From positions 1-22,708 of the forward strand of contig JADGIF010000080.1 of assembly GCA_018985225.1 (NCBI GenBank): 22,708 nt of DNA, read 5' to 3'. Both the position numbers and the translations under genes were made by a program. This document shows, piece after piece, positions 15,721 through 22,708 of this stretch. The notes under the pieces were generated by a model. It saw nothing but the letters and a program-made list of their open reading frames with translations. It made no database searches and had not been told where the DNA came from. Every line of letters starts with the position of its first letter. Position 1 is the stretch's first letter. The stretch is from Amoeboradix gromovi X-113 (taxonomy: Eukaryota; Fungi; Sanchytriomycota).

Positions 15721-17835
15721 ATGCTGCTTATCACATTTTCAATACTCGCATTTAACGACCCATTTAGGTACTCTTTGGAATATGCCAAGGATACAATCAA
15801 ATCAACTTCAACTTCGGTTTCTAGCTGGTTCCAATCTAAAGACCCCAATAAGTCTAACTTAGACGATTTGTTCCATGAATATTTCAACTCTCTAAACGTA
15901 GAACCTAGCAACCATATCTATGAGATTTACATGGAGACTTCCAAGGATTTGAATGTTGATAACCCGAACCTTAAAAATCAAATCTATAAGAGGATTGAGT
16001 ATATTGTCCAGTCTTCAGGGAACGCAGATATCAAGAGCAAACTTTTCAGTGCCCAGCATGCAAAGGATACGGCAGAATATGCTAAATCAAAGCTACAGCA
16101 ACACTCTCGGGAGCAAGACACTTCAAATAATGAATGGGATACTCCAAAGAGCGCTAAAGATAAATTAGAATATTACACTAATAGTCATGATAATTTCGAG
16201 GATTTGCATGATAGATATGATGATGTTAAACATACTGCCAAAGATACTGGAAAACATTATGCGAAAAAGGCCGCTGACGCAGTTAATAATGCGAAAGACA
16301 CCTCACAGGATGCTGCTAATCAGGCATCTAATAAAGTGAACGAAATGTCAGGAAAGGCTAGTGATATTGCTAAAGAATCGTATGAAAGAGGTAAAGAAAA
16401 AGTAAATCAAGGTAGTGAACAGTTTCAAGACACAGTCAGTAAAGCCTACGATTCTGGAAAAGATTCAGCTGATAATGCTTATAGTAGAGCCCAAGATGCG
16501 GCTAGCAAGGCTTACAACGCCGGCGAAGGTGTTATAAAGGACTCTGCTGCTCAAGCCAAACATAAAGCACAAGTCATGACTGACAAGTCTTACAGTGCTG
16601 GTAAAGACGCAGTTGATAATGCTAACGGTGTTTTTAAAGACACCGCTTATCAAGCGTATGATGCTGTGAAAGAGACAGCGAACAAAGCGTATGAAATTGT
16701 AAAAGATAAAGCTGAAAGCACTGCTGCGCAGGCATATGAAAAAGCAAAAGAGACCGCAAACGTGGTTTATGAAAAAGGAAAAGACACTGCTTCGGATGCT
16801 TATGATTATAGCAGAGGTGCTGCAAACGTTGCCTATGAAAAGGGAAAAGACACCGCAAATGTTGCCTATGAAAAGGGAAAAGATGCTGCAAACGTTGCCT
16901 ATGAAAAAGGAAAAGACACTGCTTCAGATGCTTATGATTATAGCAGAGATGCTGCAAATGTTGCCTATGAAAAAGGAAAAGACACCGCAAACGTGGTTTA
17001 TGAAAAAGGAAAAGATGCTGCAAACGTAGCCTACGAAAAAGGAAAAGACACTGCTTCAGATGCTTATGATTATAGCAGAGATGCTGCAAACGTGGCCTAC
17101 GAAAAAGGAAAAGATACTGCTTCAGATGCTTATGATTATAGCAGAGATGCTGCAAATGTTGCCTATGAAAAGGGAAAAGATACTGCTTCAGATGCTTATG
17201 ATTATAGTAGAGATCAGATAAACAACAACGCTGGTAGGGCATACATCAACATGAAAGACAAGGCTAATATGATGTATAATTCCGAAGATAATGTAAAACA
17301 AAACAAGATGCTAATAGACCCAATCAGAGCTCTAAGAGACGGATTTGTTGGTAAACTCAGCAATCTGTTGCAGTGGAATGACTATCTAGCAAGAAATGAC
17401 AAAATGTATACCGGATACAAGAGCATTCATGATTACCAGTCAAATGAAGATCTTCAGGGAGACTCAACCATTCTTGAAGATATTAAAGACTCCATGTATG
17501 ACAAATATGAGTATATGAGTCGGATGTTTGGATACTACAGTGACGCAGCTAATGAGAACTTGGAAAACTCTAACTTGAATCAAAAATTCAAAAACATTAA
17601 GCCAAGTCAAGGAGTGAAAGATCATTTAAATAATCTAGTGGGAAGAGACAATGTTGAGAATATCAAAGAAAATATTAACGAAAAATATAACAAGGCAGCT
17701 GAGGGTATTAAAAACAGTGGAGAGTATATGATGGAGAAGAAATCGGAAATAATTGATGATGTTGGTAACAAGGCTAAAAATATATATGAAGGAGCCTCTC
17801 CAAATGCAGACCCAATTGATTACGAAATAGTTTAA
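15721..17835 (+). CDS. Secreted LEA (group 3)-like hydrophilic protein with 11-mer repeats, 704 aa
   Basis: Short signal MLLITFSILAF. Rich in A/K/D/E/Y, Cys-free, with 11-residue periodicity (AYEKGKDAANV / AYEKGKDTASD / AYDYSRDAANV). Confidence 0.8.
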   Translation: MLLITFSILAFNDPFRYSLEYAKDTIKSTSTSVSSWFQSKDPNKSNLDDLFHEYFNSLNVEPSNHIYEIYMETSKDLNVDNPNLKNQIYKRIEYIVQSSGNADIKSKLFSAQHAKDTAEYAKSKLQQHSREQDTSNNEWDTPKSAKDKLEYYTNSHDNFEDLHDRYDDVKHTAKDTGKHYAKKAADAVNNAKDTSQDAANQASNKVNEMSGKASDIAKESYERGKEKVNQGSEQFQDTVSKAYDSGKDSADNAYSRAQDAASKAYNAGEGVIKDSAAQAKHKAQVMTDKSYSAGKDAVDNANGVFKDTAYQAYDAVKETANKAYEIVKDKAESTAAQAYEKAKETANVVYEKGKDTASDAYDYSRGAANVAYEKGKDTANVAYEKGKDAANVAYEKGKDTASDAYDYSRDAANVAYEKGKDTANVVYEKGKDAANVAYEKGKDTASDAYDYSRDAANVAYEKGKDTASDAYDYSRDAANVAYEKGKDTASDAYDYSRDQINNNAGRAYINMKDKANMMYNSEDNVKQNKMLIDPIRALRDGFVGKLSNLLQWNDYLARNDKMYTGYKSIHDYQSNEDLQGDSTILEDIKDSMYDKYEYMSRMFGYYSDAANENLENSNLNQKFKNIKPSQGVKDHLNNLVGRDNVENIKENINEKYNKAAEGIKNSGEYMMEKKSEIIDDVGNKAKNIYEGASPNADPIDYEIV
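16732..17214 (+). repeat. Coding 33-bp tandem repeat, about 14.6 units, with 66- and 132-bp higher-order structure
   Basis: Recurrent GCCTATGAAAAAGGAAAAGAC.. and GCTTATGATTATAGCAGAGAT.. units in frame with the LEA-like ORF. Confidence 0.95.
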
Positions 17836-18335
17836 GAATAAATATTATTACAACTCCACGACTCTTACGTAACAATGTTTTTATTGTGAATGTCGCCCTT
17901 GTTCCATGGGGTATCTATATCAGAAGATATCGCAAATCAGTGTGTGCGCTAGATAGAAGGACTTTAGAGTAGTTTATTGCAAAGCTGAGAAAATATAACG
18001 AGTGGTCTAAGTTCTCAGGGTAATGATAGCAAGTATAATAACATTCTACAATATCGCACAGTACCAATGTTGAGCCAGGTATACAAAGTGATGCAGTCGT
18101 GGACACCGATGTGAATGCATATAACAGCAATCTAGAGAACTGATAAAGTCTACTGAGCAATGTTAAAGTACAGGTTGGCAAAGAAGAGCAATTGCTAACA
18201 GAAACTTGTCTTCTAAATCCTATAGGTATATTACAAGATATATGAATTATCTACAGTACCATGAACCGTTAGCAGTGACGGCAACTTAATGCCAGCGATA
18301 GAGGCCCAATCAGTTAGAAAAGGAGTGAAACTTCA

Positions 18336-21002
18336 ATGGACCATTTGTTACTATTGATTAATGAGAATGAAATAGCGCCGAGCGATATCAAACACATTAA
18401 TCAACTGTCATACTGGGACACAAGCCAAACCAATTCCATTGGTAACATCAAACAACCTAGCCACAGTTACATGGCACTACCGTTGAACATCGCTATTTTC
18501 AATGGCAACTTGCAGGTGGTTAATCTGCTGTTAGAATATGGTGCTGACCCTCTACTGAAAGATGGTCTAGGTCGAAATGCTCTGGTTTCCTGTATTTATG
18601 GGTATGATGTTTATCAGTTAAATTCAACAACGATTGAACATATTTCTAGCCAACATGAGTACCATCTGAGCATACTGTCTGTTCTATTGGTATATCTTTC
18701 TAAATTCGAAAAAATCGATTTATTAAACCTTCCTTGCAGTGAATTAAACGGAATCACATTGCTCTGCTTTACTTCTTATCTTAACAAGCATCTATTTGTT
18801 GAGTTGCTCTTAAAATATGTGGATGTTGATGCTTGCGACATTAGTGGAAGTACTCCTTTAATGTATGCAGTTCGTGATGTTCAAATCAACGTTATAAAAT
18901 TACTGATGCAGCACAATGCAGATCCTTATAAAAAGAATAAACAAGGTTTAGATGCCTTTAGCTATAGTAACGCTGCCACTAAACCTTTGCTAAAGCAGGA
19001 TTCCATCGACATCAGCAACGAATTACGTCTAGTTTTGGACGGTCCAGGCTCTCCTTCATCGGCAACCTTCTCTTCAAGTGATATCAGTAGTTTAAACTAC
19101 CATTCTACCGATGCGATAAAATCCGCGTGTACTAAAAATCCACATTTGCTTACATTTGTCGATTCTCACCATAACTCACTGCTGCATTATGCCTGTAAGC
19201 TGCCCAATTACTCATTATTGCAATATCTTTGCCCTTTGATGAATGTTAACATTCTCAACATTCATAACAAATCACCACTTCATTATTTGATAAAAAAGAA
19301 CAAAAATCAATCTCTCCTTGGTAAATGTGTATTGATATTACTACAATTTAACTGCAATTTGAACATTAAAGACAAGTACGGTGCAACCGCCTATGATTAT
19401 GCTGTGAAATACAACTATGCCGACCTATTGCCACTTTTAAAAAGAAATAGGCGAGGGTCAAATTCAATTAGTACCGAGTTTAATAACATCTTAAACAAGT
19501 ATAGAGGAAGAGATGCTAGGGATAGTAGAGACGCTAGGGACTCAGATACCCTGCAGCGTGATTCAAAAGAACTTCGGCCTATAAGGAGAGACTCTGCGAA
19601 ACTACTTCAGCCATCGGTTGATAGACCAACGGATAGAAGTACTCCACGATATGACAGATCCCTTGATAAAACACCGATACCCGACTATTCGCTCTCTGAT
19701 GATAAACTGGACAACAGTACAGACAACAATGCTGTGACACATCTGGTTCAATTATCTACTGCTTTGTGCGAGTTGGTGGATATTTGCGGCGACGCTGGAG
19801 AGTCTTATGTAAATCGTCCTAATAGTCACTCTTCTGCTGAGATAGTTCAAGTTCTGGTTCCTGTTCATGTAACTGAACCATTAGACCACTTAGATTATGT
19901 AGAAGTAGAACAGCACGAAAATGAGAGATTAAAATCCTTGAACGGGTTTCTATATAAATACTGTCAGCAGCTACAACAAAAACCAAACACGAATGTCTTT
20001 AAGCAGAAATGGGAAGTAATGATAAATCATGTTGAATCTTTGATGGCAAACATTGAAGAGATGCAATTGTTGGGAACTATGGCTACCAATAGCGTTAATG
20101 ATGACAGAGTACAGTTGCACATAGATTGGTATAAAAGTAAATTGCAAGAGACAAACTCAAGTATATATCAAATAGATTCATTGATATCACGAATACATGA
20201 AGAGAAACATGGATTATACAACGAATTGCAGCTTTTGATAAAGAACAAAAGAGACTCAAAAGAACTGAATGTAGAGAATGAATATTACGACATTAATGAA
20301 AGAAAGGAGCAACTAGAGATGGATTTACATGGATTAACAATAGAGAAAATGGTACTTACAATGGACAGGTGTAAGGAAATTCAAAAATTAAAAGAGTTGG
20401 AGAACTGTGCGTCGTTTGATCACATGATATCGATTATCAAACAAATGGTTAAAAACGTACAACAACAGCCGATGCCGTATAGCAGTATCAACATGGATAA
20501 TTTCAAGTACACCAATGAAGAGTTAATGCATAAGATTGTAGAATTAGAGATACATTACGAGTTGCTAACAAACTTGCACAAAAACAAGATACTGAACATG
20601 GAAAATCAACATTCGGACTTGCTCTACCAAGGACAGCAAAAAGATGAGGTGATACGGCAGCAGGACAGGACTATAATGAGATTGAAACAAGAAATAGATA
20701 AGATGAAACCAAAAGAGGGGATTTTAGCAAGAATGAACTCCACAATAAATAGCACACTGCAAAGAAATGACAGGATATCACACACAAAGACTACTTTTAG
20801 TAGCGAATCAGATCTAAGCATATCAGATACTGAGATATATCCTAATGCGTTAGCCACCTTGAGTAGAAATCCACAAAAAGATAGAAAGTCGATGCCACAT
20901 GATGACAAGTACATCAACGAGCAATCCCAAGTGCCAAGATTGTTTAAAAGAATGAACAAGAGTTTAGTTAATCTGAGATCAAAATTTAACAAACATGAAT
21001 AA
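18336..21002 (+). CDS. Ankyrin-repeat protein with C-terminal coiled coil, 888 aa
   Basis: ANK motifs: LPLNIAIFNGNLQVVNLLLEYGADP, GSTPLMYAVRD..VIKLLMQHNADP, NSLLHYAC, KSPLHYL and GATAYDYAV. A disordered R/D/S linker precedes a long heptad-rich tail. Confidence 0.9.
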   Translation: MDHLLLLINENEIAPSDIKHINQLSYWDTSQTNSIGNIKQPSHSYMALPLNIAIFNGNLQVVNLLLEYGADPLLKDGLGRNALVSCIYGYDVYQLNSTTIEHISSQHEYHLSILSVLLVYLSKFEKIDLLNLPCSELNGITLLCFTSYLNKHLFVELLLKYVDVDACDISGSTPLMYAVRDVQINVIKLLMQHNADPYKKNKQGLDAFSYSNAATKPLLKQDSIDISNELRLVLDGPGSPSSATFSSSDISSLNYHSTDAIKSACTKNPHLLTFVDSHHNSLLHYACKLPNYSLLQYLCPLMNVNILNIHNKSPLHYLIKKNKNQSLLGKCVLILLQFNCNLNIKDKYGATAYDYAVKYNYADLLPLLKRNRRGSNSISTEFNNILNKYRGRDARDSRDARDSDTLQRDSKELRPIRRDSAKLLQPSVDRPTDRSTPRYDRSLDKTPIPDYSLSDDKLDNSTDNNAVTHLVQLSTALCELVDICGDAGESYVNRPNSHSSAEIVQVLVPVHVTEPLDHLDYVEVEQHENERLKSLNGFLYKYCQQLQQKPNTNVFKQKWEVMINHVESLMANIEEMQLLGTMATNSVNDDRVQLHIDWYKSKLQETNSSIYQIDSLISRIHEEKHGLYNELQLLIKNKRDSKELNVENEYYDINERKEQLEMDLHGLTIEKMVLTMDRCKEIQKLKELENCASFDHMISIIKQMVKNVQQQPMPYSSINMDNFKYTNEELMHKIVELEIHYELLTNLHKNKILNMENQHSDLLYQGQQKDEVIRQQDRTIMRLKQEIDKMKPKEGILARMNSTINSTLQRNDRISHTKTTFSSESDLSISDTEIYPNALATLSRNPQKDRKSMPHDDKYINEQSQVPRLFKRMNKSLVNLRSKFNKHE

Positions 21003-21369
21003 ATAGTTATCGTAAATACAAAAATTTTACTTTTCCATTGCCTTTCTTGTTTTAATTCTCTAATTGAGTAAAAACAATTGTTACGTTTCTCATATATGAT
21101 AAAGGACTCCGAATCATCCCAGTGCTAGTATATTTTAAAAAATGTTTCCCTAGTTTTTTAGAATGGGTGTCAACCACTATTGGTTAAATGTAGAATAGAC
21201 CATTTGGGGGGGGGTATGAAAATTCAGAGGTATAATCAATTGGAGCAGGTACAGTCTCAAATGCTCTGTTTAACAAGTGTGCAGACCAATCCCTAATAAT
21301 ATTGCGTATTATAAATATTAATTTAAACGAAACTAATTAAAAGAAACAGCGATTAGATCGCCCAATGTT

Positions 21370-22030
21370 CATATTTTGGACTGCTTAAGGGGATTCACAG
21401 AGCCAATTTGATAGTCGGAAAGTTAACATCTTCAGATGCAAAGATAATTGCATTACAGGTAGTCGGTAATGATTATAGAGAGAGGGAGGTATTTTTAGGC
21501 GAGTTTTAGTCTTCTCAATTAGATTTGGATTGCATAGTGAAGCACATACCTGGCGGATTGGCAAAGGTGGGTATATTTACAAGGATTTGACCATCACCGC
21601 TTAACTGAAAATTGAAACTTATAAGGAATATTACATGGACAGAAACGCCGTCCATTAAATGAAGAATGTGATTCATCCCATCGGGCTTGCAGTGGCACAT
21701 CCCATCACCTCATCAGATATGTTAGATGACCATTTTGCCAAAGCTAGGTTGACAGACTTCAATGTAAACTTATAGGGTAATTTGAGGATGCAGTTATTTT
21801 GTCATTCCACCTAAAAGGTGGTCTTGAGGCTTTCCATCAATGTCCATTCCTAAAAACTTTGCGTTAAATCAGTTAAAAAGAGTTATTCAAAAACTGAATT
21901 TGAGTAACAATAGCCATGTCATAGTTGGCGGCGATTTAAATATTAGCAATGCAGATATAATACTCATAACTAGATAGAATGAGATTTAAAAAAGCGTGTT
22001 AAGCCACTAACGGTGTCGATAATACCTACT
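21370..22030 (+). pseudogene. Highly decayed APE/EEP endonuclease fragment, possibly non-LTR retrotransposon ORF2
   Basis: Motif scraps in the correct order across frameshifts: IFW-C-RG (~21372), DAKIIALQ (~21435), REGGIF (~21481), SYFVIPP (~21792), HVIVGGDLN (~21915), IPT (~22021). Confidence 0.45.
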
Positions 22031-22564
22031 TTATCTCTGACTCGAATGATGTAGATACATAATTTACCAAAAACATTTGACAAGGATGGACAATAGTGTT
22101 AGTAATCATATCCTGCTCTGCAAAGTTTTGATTATCAGCTCTCAAGCGAAAAAATGGCAAAGGAAAAACGAACTGACAGTGGATTTTGTTGAATAAAGAT
22201 ATATCGAGAGTATATGTCGTCTTCTATATTAATACTATTCTTTGCTAGACGCTTCGAATCGGATAAAAATGTGATGCCCTCGCTACTCATCGATGTCAAG
22301 TAGTTCTAAACCTCGTAATTGTGAACATGTCAGATCTAAAGAGATAACTAATAGATACAGTACACATTCATAGACATTGTGAAACTGGTTCAATAACAGG
22401 AAAACTAGATTTCTTTCAACGCTTTCTCATTACGCATTCAAATAGCGCTTGAAATCCAATGTACATTTAGAGAAAAGACCATAATTGAATTTAATGTAGC
22501 ATTTACTAATCAAACATGTACAAGAGTGTGCTTTTAAAGAATGCTGATTTGAAGATCTACACGT

Positions 22565-22708
22565 GGGACACCAAATATAAAAACTAGACTAACTCGTTTT
22601 TAAAGGTGCACCATACGGAGGAAATGCTATCATTAATAAAAGATCTTCTTCTATTATACCAAGAATCTCTCATTGATTGTATTCCTCTTTTTAAAATAAA
22701 ACTAGAAG
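22565..22708 (-). mobile_element. TIR element copy 3 (right end only; runs off the window)
   Basis: GGGACACCAAATATAAAAACTAGACTAACT TIR preceded by ACGT. Collinear with 14768-14908. Confidence 0.9.

Noticed and set aside
16732-17214. 33-bp repeats as a CRISPR-like array; repeat ORFs 16634-17242 and 16736-17029
   Set aside because: No unique spacers, units are in-frame codon repeats of the LEA-like protein, and the context is eukaryotic. The other-frame ORFs are by-products.
17880-18300. 88-aa minus ORF and coding-like plus-strand stretch between the LEA-like and ankyrin genes
   Set aside because: No motifs, and multiple stops on the plus strand; at most an unidentifiable relic.
1-22708. Alternative genetic code (TAA/TAG read as Gln) to explain stop-interrupted stretches
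   Set aside because: Conserved genes end at TAA or TAG at the expected positions (HIS6 TAG, Rab CSC-TAA, cyclophilin TAA) and have no internal stops.

Overview
AT-rich, gene-dense eukaryotic nuclear DNA with the standard genetic code. The gene content looks fungal, probably an early-diverging, compact-genome lineage (inference). Housekeeping genes: a fumarate reductase fused to a cytochrome-b5-reductase-type domain (runs off the left edge), a TMEM209-like protein, HIS6, an ER cyclophilin B, an Mvp1/SNX8 sorting nexin, a coiled-coil protein, tRNA-Ser(GCT), a Rab18-like GTPase and an ankyrin/coiled-coil protein. There is also a cluster of five small secreted, GPI-like S/T/N-rich proteins and a secreted LEA-like 11-mer repeat protein. 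Two things stand out. (1) The two inferable spliceosomal introns are both best explained as only 19 nt long with the same TAATwTAG 3' end. (2) The window is rich in decayed Fanzor/TnpB (RNA-guided nuclease) material: two Fanzor1-like remnants just downstream of the tRNA, one Fanzor2/TnpB-like remnant, and a family of short GGGAC...GTCCC terminal-inverted-repeat elements with 4-bp ANNT flanks (450 bp, 294 bp, one partial copy and an 83-bp relative). The larger copies keep only the 3' end of a Fanzor-like ORF plus a near-invariant, hairpin-forming terminal ~83 nt, as expected for omegaRNA-bearing 'ghost' elements. No intact Fanzor or transposase is present. All calls come from manual translation and motif recognition; no searches were run.
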